A DNA stretch of 64,000 bases, from assembly GCF_037042905.1 (NCBI RefSeq), contig NC_087250.1, positions 15,130,001 to 15,194,000 of the forward strand, written 5' to 3'. The DNA is from Lytechinus pictus. Taxonomy: Eukaryota. Of the stretch, positions 37,801-51,800 are shown in pieces (within the stretch, counting starts at the first letter, position 1; each line of letters begins with the position of its first letter). The notes below the pieces were generated by a model. It searched no databases. It was not told the DNA's origin and saw only the letters and a program-made list of their open reading frames with translations. The position numbers were made by a program, and so were the translations under genes.

Positions 37801-40800
37801 CTGCAAACTCTTTTCCTTAGTCACTCAAGATAATTTACACATTTCATCCAATTAGAAGACCTATACATGTTATTCAATTCAAACACCCCATCAGAGAAAG
37901 ATTCATCAAAATACATGTTAGCTGTTAATATTTTTTCTCGTACCAGTAATACCCACACTCTCATATACAAGTTAAAAGATATAAACCATGATTCCCAGTA
38001 AAAACTGACAAGTTAAGATCTTTTAAGCTAAGATATCAACCCTAACCTCATACCTAATCCTATACTCCTATGATCTGTACAGTATTCTGAATATTCAGGT
38101 GGTGGCAGTGGTGGGATTTCAACCCAGGTCCACAGAACGACTGGTGAATTAACCTGGGCCTGATCTTAGAAAGGGATGTGACAGATTCACAAATCAAACA
38201 CAGATTGTAACTGATGAAACCATGTCACTTAACTATAAAAATCTAGATCAATCACAATTTGAGATTGATTTGAATCTATCACAACCCTTTGTACGACTGG
38301 GGTCCAGGGCACCAATCACCAATCATGATTACTTTACCTCTGTGTTGGGAACATGGAGGGTCTCCTGGTAGCTATGTGGTGGTCTCGATCCTTCTCAATC
38401 GCTGATACTATGGAGGAGAAGTCTTCCACTGGGAAAGAATCAGGAAGGGCTTGGAATCCCATCTTCTGTCCCATCAGAGTCTATAATAGAAAGTACAATC
38501 ATTATAGACTAAATGAGGAGCATCCAGGGGCCCGTCTTACATAGAGTTACGATTGATCCAATCAATTGTATCTCTATGGAAATCCATCAGTGTCATAAAT
38601 TTTTCAACAGGAAATTTGCACAATGTCCTTTGTAAACAAAGAGAGGCACAGTGCTTTTTAAAGAAAACAAATAATGCATGAATATACATCATAGCTAGAA
38701 AATATTTTGAACAAACATGCATAAAACATGTTGACGTCGCTGGCCATCCATAGTTACGATTGATTGGATCAATCGTAACTCTTTGTACAATCCTTATGAT
38801 AATAATTATTGTTATTATTATAATAATATTAATAGTAATAATAATGATAATAATAATGATATGTCCATTTATAAAGCGCAGTTGCTATATGCATATATTC
38901 AACTGTTAGATACCTGGTATCATATTTCTAGTATTACCCCGGCTGGAGCTGAGCCGCCATATCGGCACAAAAGCGTCAAGAAATAAATCCTACTGGGTAC
39001 CCATTTACCTCACCTGGGTTGATTGCAGCACAATGTAGGTAAACGTCTTGCTGAAGGAAAACACGCCATGGCTGGGATTTGAACCCACGTCCCTTCGATT
39101 GAAAGACAGGAGTCATAACCACTAGACCATGACGCCCCCTCCCAACTTCCACATTAATTTCAGAAACTAAAATGCCATTGAGAGGAAAAGTACTTGTTTT
39201 ACTACTCAGTATTGCAGTATGAGTTAATTGAGAAGTGAATTAGGATGTTGTCATTTATAAAGGAGACCTTAATTATTACATAACTGCACTTCTCAGAATG
39301 TTGCATTATGGGTAGGATACCTGGCCAGATTTGAGGAGTTGATGGTGATGATGATGATCGTGCTGCTGATGGTAAAGATGATTACACTGATAATAATGAT
39401 GGTGATGATAATAATGTTGATGATGATTGACGATGGTGATGATGATGAAGATGATGGTGATGATGATAATAATGATGGTGATGATGGTGATAATCATGAT
39501 AGTGATTATGATGACGATAATGATGATGATAGTGATGCTAATGGTGATAATGATGATGATGATGATGATATTGATGATAGTGATGTTGATCATGATAATG
39601 ATGATAATGATGCTGATGATTAGAATAAAGGAAAACGTCTCTTTCTCCTATCGTTCTTACCACAAAGAAAGGTCCTTTGGAGACCTTCTCACATTCTTCC
39701 AATTCAGCCAAGCAGCTAGCAGCATAGGCATGATCATCCGTGGAGTATTCCTTCAAGCCCCAGTTCATGTCACAGACCTGGAATTCAAATCCCCGGTCAC
39801 GACAGAATGCCCGCAATCTCGGATAGGCCTTGGCAACAAGAACAGTGCGCTCTGCTCCAAAATCTGTTGAGAAATGATTTTAAAAATCTCATTCAAGTCT
39901 AGTTTGAAGGCCATGACTCTGTATCTTAAAGGACCAACTGTATTTATAAAGGCCAGGATTGTTTTTTTTTCTACGTGAAAAGAAACACCCTTGCCTCGAA
40001 CTTGTAGCCTGTACATGAAGACTAGAGGCCTATGGCTAATACATAAATATCAATACTTTAATGAGGAGTCATAACCTGAATTAACCCATCAACTACTGAA
40101 ATCTTCTTTTCCCATAGGTTTTGCACAGGGACCAACTGGTTCCTGTAGTCAACAGGTTAATACACAACAGACTACTCTCCTTGTTACTGTTTGGTAGCCT
40201 TGCTCTAGTCATTTCAATACAGACGTGGCTCCAATATTTTACTTGTTATGACATTCATTCTGTCCTTGAAGTATTTTGATTCAGATTATAGTTCAAGTTG
40301 TAGACAGTATGTTTCTGTCTCCCTTTCCATAACTGCACATTCCAGAAGATTGCTAAACTAACAAATCTATGCTTTATATCCACTGGCAGTCAATTATGGT
40401 AAGAAATATCAGACTGTTGTCTTTCATTGTTTGAAATAGAGAAGGGAATACAAAATATCTTTATTAACTCACAAGTCTGCATAAAAAAGGCTACCTGCAT
40501 GCTAAAATAATTCACGAGAAAATAAGGACAAAGAAAGATACATCTTGTGTAGCAACCTGACACCCTTCCAAAGCTCAATTTCATAATTGCATCCCTTTAT
40601 CATAACAAAATCAATTATCAAGCATACCGACAAGTAAAAAATAAACTTTTGATACTTTACCTGTGAAAGTGGATGAGACACAGAGTCTGAAGATATTGGA
40701 CACCCAGGAGCAGCGGACATCTACCCTGCTCTTCAAGATACTGTCAACAACCTCTTGATACTCCATGGACCTTCTTGACTCCAACCCATCCTCAGGATAA

Positions 40801-43800
40801 GGGGTAGGTACAGGAGATACACATGAGAGGACTTGGTGGTCATCTACTGGGTTCTGATGTCCACTATGACGACCTTGTGCCGATACCGTTGAATGACACC
40901 TGGTATCCATCCCAAGGGAAGGAAGCTTCACATCTTTCCCAGACTGTGCAGCCAGAGGTGATGATACTCTACTTGTATTGATTGTTGGCAAATGCGACAA
41001 GTGACTAGGTGATTTGGCGAGAGGGGACATTGGGGAACCTTTAGCCGACTTATCAGGTTTGATGGCCAATTCCGGTGGCTTTGGAGTTCTTGAGGAACTT
41101 GCAATGGTGCTTGCGACGCTTCCATCGCGGCTAATGCCACTTGACATGCGAGACCGTCCTGAAGAGTTCCTTGATCCCATTGAGGACATACTGTCTGAGA
41201 TGGACTGTAGTTCTAGTTTTTCAGAAGGTGCTTTGTCAAGTCTTCCACTGCTTGCAGGAGGATTCCCTTTCTGGAACAAAGGTTGGTCCGCACCTGCTCC
41301 TGTCAACGGCACCAGGATTGGACTTGCCCTGGTTTCAACAGTTCTGTTGACATCATCCTGGGATGTTTCTGGAGCTTTGTCCACTGCTCCATTAGCAGGA
41401 ACAGATTCATCATAATCAGGAGTTGGAGGGTGGTCACTTGGCAAAGGTGTAAAGGAAAAGGCTCCAGGGTATAAACCATCTACAATATGCCCCTCCTTGC
41501 TGACACGACCACCGATCTCATTATACTTGGTAAAGATGTCAACTTTGCCAGGTGTCTGTGGAAAAAAGTATATGATATTGCTTTTCTGTAAGACATAGTG
41601 GCACAGGAGTTAACTCCTTCTCAGTGGATTCCCAAATTTCAGAACATTCTTTGAAAATAATGATGTATGAATAAATCAGATGATTTTATATATTAGATAT
41701 ATTTGTGTATTCTGTATGTCATTATCAAGTTGCAGGATGCATTGTAACGATATTCCTTAAATCTCCTAAATGTTTTACGTCTAATCAAAGCCTGGATTTG
41801 TAGATTAGAAAAGAAAATAACTCATGCACAAGTAAAACTGAATGTTCCTTCATCAGAGAAAATTCAACAAATTTCTTGGAGTGAAGACATTATTTTCATT
41901 TTATGACAGTATAATAACATTATTTGTGCAAGTACTGTATAATGGGCAAATCCAGAATTTGAGAATGGGGTGGGGGTCACAGTTCTTCTTTCCCGAAGCC
42001 TCCAAAAATGTCTTCACTTTAAGAAATACCTATTTGCATCCTTACCTCAAAAGATAGCAGGCTCCCGTCTTACAAAGAGTTACGAGTGATCTGATAAACC
42101 TCAACTATATGTAAATTCATCAATGTCATAATTGATTCTCCAAGAAATTTGTACAATGTCCATTGTAAACAAAGAGAAGCACACTGAAGCTTCAAGAAAA
42201 CAATGAATGCATGAATATACATCACATCTAGAAAATATTTTGAACAAACATTAATTTTAGATGTTCGTATTGCTGGCTTTCCGTAGTTGTGGTTGATTGG
42301 ATCAATCGTAACTCTTTAAGACGGGGTCCAGAAAGTTGCATTTAGCCCTTCCCCATGGCCCTGGGGAGTGCAGTGCTGCTTTGTTTTGTTCTTTTTGGAA
42401 GTCAATTTTTTTTCAAACCAGCACACCCTATTTGAAAATCATTCCCGAGACCCTGATGGTTATGTGCATGAACTGTTCATTACAGGTGATTCTTACCCTT
42501 GGTTTGAATTTGTAAGTTTTATCCCCCTGGCTGTCCGATTCTATCGTCTCATCATCCATCCACGGATCAGCCCTCTCTCGAAAGCGTCTCTGGAAAAGAC
42601 GAAATAATATAAAGTAAGAATTTATGTAGTGTCATTGTCTTTGAAATATTCTACTCTGAGGTGCACAAGAGAAATAGAAGAAATGTGAGAGTCAAAACGT
42701 GTATATAGAAAAGATAGACAGTAATTGTTGTTTTTTCATTTGGAGGTTTCTGATGATTTCCTGAATTTAATTGCACCCAAATTATTCAAAACCATACCCT
42801 TTATACTAATTTTTGGACTTTTTGTTCCATCCAAATTTTGTTTTGTAACTTAAAATGTTATCTCCTTTGTAAGTTATTTACTGGTTTTTGCAGAGTACAC
42901 TAATACACCCTTCCCCTCCCCCAACTAACAATGATATTCTGAAATATTCTGAATTCCTAATTCAATTAATTATTTCACTGTCTTTGTATAATAAATGAAT
43001 TAATTAATATGATGGTTATATTAATTGATATACTTATCTACATATCATATTTATTATCTTGTAAGTGTCTTATATTATAATCATTGTTATCATTATTATT
43101 ATTATCATCATTATTTTCATTTTTATTATCATATTTATTATTTATTCTTACCATTAGCAGAATTATGAGCTTAACTTATAAAAAGTTTTTGAAAAATATA
43201 TATCTTACCCTGAGATATGATATAATCTTTCGATCATTGTTCAGTCTCATTTTCTTCAAAGCTTTACGCCTTGAATACCTCTGGCTTGAACTCTGAAAAA
43301 GGAGAGAGAAATTCAAAGATAATAATCTTAGGGATAGATACATAATTAAAGCAAAAATTGAGAGAGCAAGACAAGGCACATGTACAGGGGAGGGGAGGTA
43401 TAGCTTCAAGAGTGAGCAAAAGCTTGACAAAAAGAAGAAACACAATAACTTAAATATAATTTGAAAACGCTTTCCCCTAATTACACCAGGGTTCCATAAT
43501 AAAAGGCTTAGCTATGGTCGTAAAACTTTTTCTTTTACAATTGATTGCATTAATTTTAATATACAATTACAATTAATCATGAAAATCAAGTGTACAATTA
43601 ATCACCAACCTTTCTATTACATGACTCCAATGAAGTGAAATTAAACTAGTGGATGGGAGATCTCTGCATGAACTTTGACTTGATCTGCTTTTCAAGTTGC
43701 TTAAATATTGGCTTTACGCATTGAAAACAAATGATTAATGTCGGTGGTGACAGAGATTTCCTGCAATGGGCGATGGCAGTGATCTCTGTAAAATGATCTA

Positions 43801-44208
43801 CCAAAATGAAGATAGATGCAAATTTTGGTAATTTGTAGAATAAATACTGATCAAACAACCGCTTGAACCAGGCTTAATCGTAAGATCATAACCCAGCCGT
43901 CAAAAAATGTGTACACTTTTAATTTCTGGATTGGATGTGTTTATTGATGTACTTACTCCATTAATGTCAGGTCCTGCATATGATGCCGATATGAACTTTG
44001 AACTCGGGTCCTCGACCTTGGTATCCGATGTGGAATCAACAGACGATGATGCCAGCTCAGTCTGAAAACAAAGAAATTAATAAGATTTTACATAATTGCC
44101 AATATTTTCAAATGTGTATTGCATCCATATTGTGCTTTTCTGTAGTATTAGCCCCCCCCCCCCATCCCTCCTCAGGAGTAAGGGCCTACAAGGCACCCCC
44201 CCCCCCCC

Positions 44209-44242
<34 letters not shown>

Positions 44243-44818
44243 TAACAAGCCAAAATTACAGAATGAAAAATATAAAAAGGCAATCGCTCCTCCCGACGCA
44301 AGGGGTTGGGCTGAAAAATTACATTTATTTCCATCAGGGGCGGGGAGGGGACGAAAACCCTTGTCTCTTAAATTGTAGATGAACAGAGCAGCAAGCAAGA
44401 GGCCACCAGGCCTCACCTGGCGCAGCAGAGAATACAAAAAGGTGATTCAATTTATGTACACAATTTTATATATTTTTTGTTACTTAAGATTTATATTAAT
44501 ATTCTGATTAATATGTCTGACAAAAGGCAATCGCTCCTCCCGACGCAAGGGGTTGGGCTGAAAAATCACATTTATTTCCATCAGGGGAGGGGAGGGGACG
44601 AAAACCCTTGTCCCTTAAATTGTAGGTGAACGGAGCAGCAAGCAAGAGGCCACCAGGCCTCACCTGGCGCAGCAGAGAATACAAAAAGGTGATTCAATTA
44701 ATGTACACAATTTTATATATATTTTGTTACTTAAGATTTATATTAATATTCTAATTGATATGTCTGACAATATTGTAAGTGCTGTGATACTTTTGTGTAT
44801 AGCGCATATATAAATAAC

Positions 44819-44855
<37 letters not shown>

Positions 44856-47800
44856 ATCAAACTATTCACTCTCAAGGCATATCAGTAAATTTTACAGGGA
44901 GACCTTTTTATACCCTTTTGTACAAGTTGATGTTTTGTCAAGATCTCTTTGTATTGTATACGATGACTTGCTCCATTCACATTTCAATCCAACTTTTTTT
45001 AATTCTTGTTTTGAGTGCATTGCTATAGCAAATGATACTTGTTTCACTATAGATCGGATGGTACAACACCCTGAAAAAATACTGTCGGTAAACATATGAA
45101 TATACCAGAATGTTGGTTAAAAGAAAATTACTTGTAAAATGAAATTGAGATTTTTCCTTAAACAGCTGATACATTGTAGGTTCATACGGTAACCATCCCA
45201 ATATGTTGTCAGACAAAACAATTTGCGAGTGAAGATGAGTGATTTCAGAGGTAAATGGGGTTCAAATACACACCGCTCCGATAGTAACGCGGGAGAGTTG
45301 AACATATAGGTCTACACCATGACACTAAATGTGATAAATCATGCACCTATCCTATTTCCAAAAGTAAAATAGAGCTTCGTTCTTTTCGATTAATTACAGA
45401 AAATATAGGCACAACCCGACACCAATGGAAACCTTAGAATATCAAGGCATCGTAATAGATAAGTATCTGTTTTGCCCCCTGCTCAGTGACCACGCATCAA
45501 CAAAACGACAAAATTCTATTAAATGGCAATAATCTCTATTGTCATAACAAAACCCGTTGCCCTCGATATCTTAGCATTTCAAAGGATTCTGGACCATCCC
45601 TTAGTCTAAGAATAGCTGGACTACGGGGCATTTTGGTATTTTAAATAGGCTGAAGATGGAACGATTACCTCTAACTACGGACCGGGGGCGAAGGGTTTGT
45701 TGATTAGAAAGATTATTATATGACGCGTATAGGGAAAGGGAAAAGGGAAGATGGACATTTAAAAAAAGACTAAATAAGAACAGAAAAAAGGGAAAGGAAA
45801 GTGTTAACAACTGTCATGACTGCCGATAAAAATACCATCCCCCACAAGGCTTTTGACACGAATTGAATCTGAATTTAATAGGAATTGTCAACTTTTACTT
45901 TGATCATAAACAGTACTTTTCACTTTTTGAAAGCAACGATAATCCCTGCAAAATGAAGGCACATGTAACATCCGCGTTCGCACCGTCATCGTACTACAAA
46001 ACTATATACATGTATAAGTTAATTTTCGCAACTGCAATGGGGACAGATCCAAGAACGCAGTAAATGTATTTAAAATTCCCGTCAAATGACAATGAACAGC
46101 TGGGATGTCTTTGACTAAAATTGGTGAACAGAGCAGCAGTTTTGTCTTAAATTCCGGAGCTGACGACAACATTGAAAATGTGTCATTTTTTCAGAGTCAA
46201 GGACGGAACTGCTGGTTTGATTCATCAATGTTCGACAAAGACTTCTTGGTTGCTCTTTGTCATGAAGGGCATTTGATAATACATTTTATATGTTCCTGAA
46301 TCTGTCATGCGTCGCGAAGCGAAAACCCCTACTCTCGGACCGGACGCAGCGAAGTGTTTTTATTTTGTGGGGTTTTTTAACAATAAAGAGACAAGAGTCA
46401 CAAGACACAACAAACTACATCGAAATTGCCCCCAATTTGAAGCCACACGATGATTGCATGTCAAGAAACAGAAAATAAAAATCTTATCTTATTTTCTCAT
46501 TTAGATGAATAATTTAGGCCTATGAGTTTTCTTTTGTCAAATACCATATATACATGTAACCGCGTGTTTTGGGTACGGGCACTTATCGTCAGGGGGGGTC
46601 AACAGAAAATTATATGATTTCATATAATATTATTGTACCTTCTTATCAATATTCAAGCGCCTACGGTTTGTCAGCGACATGAGTTATTTGACCATGTTGA
46701 AAAGATGTCGACTTTAGTACGTATACCATTATGACCGGTTATTGGCAATACGATATGAAATATCTTTCCAAGTCGAATTCTAAAATCTACGTGTGGTCGT
46801 GGTATAGTAGCATAAGATGTCTTCCAGGTGACCTAAAATGTGTTGACATAACGACGTAAATCATGTAAATTATGTCAAGATATGGCCTGATAAGGCCATG
46901 TCGACAACTTACAAAAAGCCGACATGATAATTCTAAGCCGAATCGACAAGATGAAATATCTCGCAATATTGTCAAGTAGCTTCATTACACGCGTGAACAA
47001 AATATCTAACTTCATGAATTGTACTATAAGAGAGAGAAAAACATGCAGTGACAAACTTGTATAATGATGAAGTGCAAAGGTCCTACTCTAAATTTGGGGC
47101 ATGCCTATTGAAAAATACTAATTGATTAAGAGTTACTGATGAAAGTGGATCTTTCTCAACAATTCTCCAATGTAGTTATCAGATGAAAGCTAAGTTTACA
47201 CTCACATATTTTAATAAGAGAATTAATAATATATTATTTTTTTTATATAAGAGAATCATTTTAAAAAGAGAATTTACGACTTAAAGATATGAAAATAAAA
47301 TCGTAAAGGTAAATCAGGGTTTCGATCGACATTAACCATATCAGAACAGATAAACCCCTGTATCTTCGCGTGCAACCCTTTATTTTAAATTGAAACTCTA
47401 AAGCAAGCACTGATAGCTTCGAAACTGATTACATTCATACCTTTTCTTCAATTAATCGGCCTTCACTATACACAACAACGCAATGACGATCACCTATGGC
47501 AAATAATCGATGCTGTGAATGGATAATGGACTACAAGCGAGCAAATATTGAACGGAGTTTGAGAGATCATTATCCCGTGAAAGAGGGTATTGTCCCATTG
47601 TTATCCGGGCATACTGATCGATCTGAACACTTATCGCTTGAGTTGCTCGCCACGAGGCTTTAAAGATGATATCAATATTTCTGTTTCTGTCTATACTATA
47701 TGTTTCTGTTTTATGTCGTGGGGTAGCATACATTTAGGCCTAAACTCAACGAAAAATTTAGAGCCCCCCCCCCACTAGCACCATAACGTCGTTACGAAGT

Positions 47801-48765
47801 GCCCCCTTATAGTCGGTATTTTTTAAATCTTTTTTTTACGGATCAGTAAAAGTATTTTGAAAAAGAGAGACTTGCCCTCTCTTCGGGAAAAAAGTAGAAA
47901 ATATGACAGGCCTCATGGAAAAAATGAATATACCTCTACAACTTCAGCTGTAAACAATATATTTCCTCCATTTTACTCCCCCCCCCCCCTCGAGTACCCA
48001 GAAGAAAAATTATGTGATGATTTTTTTATCAGCACGAATTGGATTTATTTGTCACGATGAACAATATCAAATACAACACAGGTTACAGAGCGCAGGATAT
48101 CTTAAAATAATTATTGAAGACTGAATTTATAAATCACCGGAGAAATCAATAATATTCTGATCGATAAAATGGCGTCAATGGCGGTTTATTTTATCTCATC
48201 TTATCTGACTGCTATCGTCTAATTGTTATCGCGACTATCAGTGAAATCGGGTGACAATCAACCGATCAATCACGGATCATTGTTACGTCACAATTAATTT
48301 GATCGAGGAATCTGTCCTTGTCATAAACATCAATGGAGTGACTTTTAAACATATCTACGCGCGAAAGAAGAGATGGGGTGTGGTTCAAAGGAATATGAAG
48401 TGGGCATAAGTGATAAGCACCATTGGGGCTAACCGGCTACTCATACTTAAAATAGGCTTTTCCTAACCCCCCCCCCCCCACGAAGGAGAAGATAGTAATT
48501 TATCAAATTGAAAAAAATAATGATTGCTACTCCTGAAGTTACTACATTTTTCAATGGGGTGCTCATTTTAGACATCACACCCTACAGCCACTAGCGTACC
48601 TACGGGGGGGGGGGGGGGCAGGGGGGGCACTCTGCCCCCCCTGACGAGTCACAACCCATACAAAACACATATACCTGCCCCCCCTGACGAGCTTAAAAGA
48701 CCTTTTTTGCCCCCCCCCCCCTGACCCGCTTGAAGACCTTTATCGCTTCCTGATGAACTTGAAGA

Positions 48766-48805
<40 letters not shown>

Positions 48806-51800
48806 TGTCAAATTTTTTGTGGTACGAAAACCTTCATTTTTTAATTGAAGATCTTTTTTTTTTTTTTTTTTTTTTTTGCTTGTCAAATTTTTTGGCGGCC
48901 GATTTTGCCCCCCCTGTGGAAAATCCTAGGTACGCCACTGCCTACAGCCCGTTCTCATCCCCTCCCCCTTCCGCAGGAAAGAAGGAGTATATACAGTTAT
49001 AAAGTTAGTGAACCCCACCAGGAAATGAACATATCTAAAAGTGTTCAAGTTCTGTCATGTTTTAGATATTCACATGTGAAGTCAGGTGATAAATTATTAC
49101 ATTCAATAAAGTTTGTTTCTCTGGGCTCAACGTCTACATTCAACACTAAGCATGAAGAAGTACATATCCCCGTCGGGTTCACAAACTTTTTAGCACCATG
49201 TATTCTTGTATGAAAAGCGAAAATTATTTTATTGCCATTGCTATAAAGTTACTACATAATCATGGACAGGTGCATGCAAATTATTAACTTCTAACGATTT
49301 TCAGAGGGTTTTTTTTAACATTAATTCATTTTTCTTGAATCGCTGGCCCTTGTTTTATGTTTTATTCTTATCTGTTTTGAACTGTTGGTACTAACTTCAA
49401 ATTGTTTACTTTTCTTTATGTTTGGTATATTTATATTTATGTTGTAGGGCCTCAAACGACTGATGGAGCCACATTTTTAACTTATACGAATTACAAATAT
49501 ATGAATATATAAAATAATCAGGTCAGCACTGTATTTAAAGATTACCGCACAGAAAGGGCGATTATCTGGTCTGTGACACCTCAAACGTCCCCATTACACG
49601 GACCCATGAAGACCCTTTATATTTATTCTATTGTAATTAAAAAGGACAGGGTCCGCTGCATTTAACTGCCATGGATGACTATTATCAATGCACATATATA
49701 TATGCACCGACCTTGAATTTGTATTTTTGTCTTTGTTGATCGGCCCTTGGTCTTAACTACAACCAAAACATTGAAATTTCCAAACGTTCCTATGCTACAT
49801 CTGGGCTAATCCCTTTCAATATTTTGTGGTGAATGTGATATATGGTTCATATTCATAATGTAAAGTTTGACCTTATCATTTTTTCGCTAGAGTGCAGGCT
49901 ATTTCCTATTACTCGGCTAGTCCGATAAAACATTTATGTTCTTTTTTCTCTGTGGCTAATTTAAAAAGAGTAAACAGTAACTGTTGTTTAAATTATCCAC
50001 ATAGATTGTAACCGAGGATTGTAAGTAGGCCCTACTGCTGTGTACGGGAGACCTATACACTTTAGTTTAAATTGATTTCATTTTCTCGTCTTCTTCCCCC
50101 CCCCCCCTCTCTCCCTCCTTTTCTCTCGTTTTACTGTTATCAAGTTTCTGCTGAAAATATTTTCTATCATTGTGTCCATGATTGAATAAAATTCATATAG
50201 CGTGACCGTGTATGTTATTTTTTTTCTTTCTCAAACTTGACATGACGATTTTTCTCTCCCGTAAATCCGCTAAAAAAATAATCCAAATGGTTGCCCAGGG
50301 CCAGACGTTCATGACATGGAATAACAAACACATTAAACCGAACAAAGTTCAATCTTGTAAACAGTATATATCATCATGTAAACGATGCGTGCAACAATGA
50401 TAATTCAATTTGTTTTATGAGGTGGTATGCCCATCCATATAAATCCTGTCATAATTATAGGATTTTCAAAGAGATCATTCTTCAAGAAATATGTTCACTT
50501 CGGGGCAACTTAGAAAGGAGAATAGAACTTATTATTCCCCCATTGGTATTTGGTATAATGGCCAATATTAATATTACGAAATGACCAAAAAGAAACATGA
50601 CACTAAATCTACACACGGTATTAAAAAGCACTCCCTAACGATGAAGTAAACATTTCAATTTTATTATGTATAATTTGAATTTTGTTATATTTTGTTGTTT
50701 TTACTTATAAATGGAATATATGGAATTAACGATTCAATCAATCATGTCACCAAAATCTACAATATCTTTATTGAATCAATGATTTCTCAAATCATTACAT
50801 AAGGACATCGATTTGTTCATTGGAATGACATTATAAAGTGAATTCTGAGAGGCAAGCAAGATGAAGTTTTCTCGCCAAAAAGGAGGCAAAAGTTTCATGG
50901 TGCAGATAATCAGCTGAGGGAATTGGAAATCTCTTATTTCTGGGTGATTTGACTCAGCGATGCATTGAACGATTCTAGGAATGACACTTAAGCTGACCAA
51001 AGTAATGTCCACTATTGATTTCCAATATGCAAGAAATGCACATTACAGAGCATGGCCACCAGAGTCTTAAACCACAATCATTATCATGTTATACCGTAAC
51101 AGTCACACCAACGAATCCGACTCCAAACCGATTGATTGTATGTCATTGGTAATAACGTATTAGATGTGAACGGTCTGGAGTCGGTTTACCCGGTGTAACT
51201 TGAACTTTATCATCAGTCAAACAAAGGCAAACCCACATAGTCCCACCGGCGTTTCTCGAACATGACAACCGTAAAGTGGCTGGTGCGGGGGTCAATTCCA
51301 ACTGACCGCGAAGGTCTTGTATCATCATCCGGGGATGCAGAGGCAAGCGTTTACAGCGTTGCCATGGTTATGTGTGCATCCCGGATCACGACCCCGATTA
51401 GGGCGTGACGCAAAGATACCCGAAATCCGATCCGGACACGATAAACATTTGATGACAGCTGACATGATTTGGGACATTCGGAATTATAGCTTGTTATTTC
51501 AAGACGTGATCGAGACATGTCGGAACACTTCAGATATCATCCATTTTCCAAACAACAGATATAACAGTATGATCGGACGAGGCAGATTTTCTTTTTACAA
51601 GTTTCAAAATTATACGGTTAGTTCATCGTACACAATTAATGAAAGTAGGCATATCATAAACAGGAAGAAGAATCGATGTACTGTTGATTGTTGGAGAGGC
51701 CAAAATAAGAAACAAATCATCTTTTTTGTGAGAACATCTAAAAGTACATCTTCCACATTTTATGAAATGGTTGGTCAAGTTTTTTTTTCTGTCTCTCTCT

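Noticed and set aside
39306..39870. Poly-Met/Asp/Ile ORFs
   Set aside because: (GAT)n microsatellite plus the antisense of a real exon.
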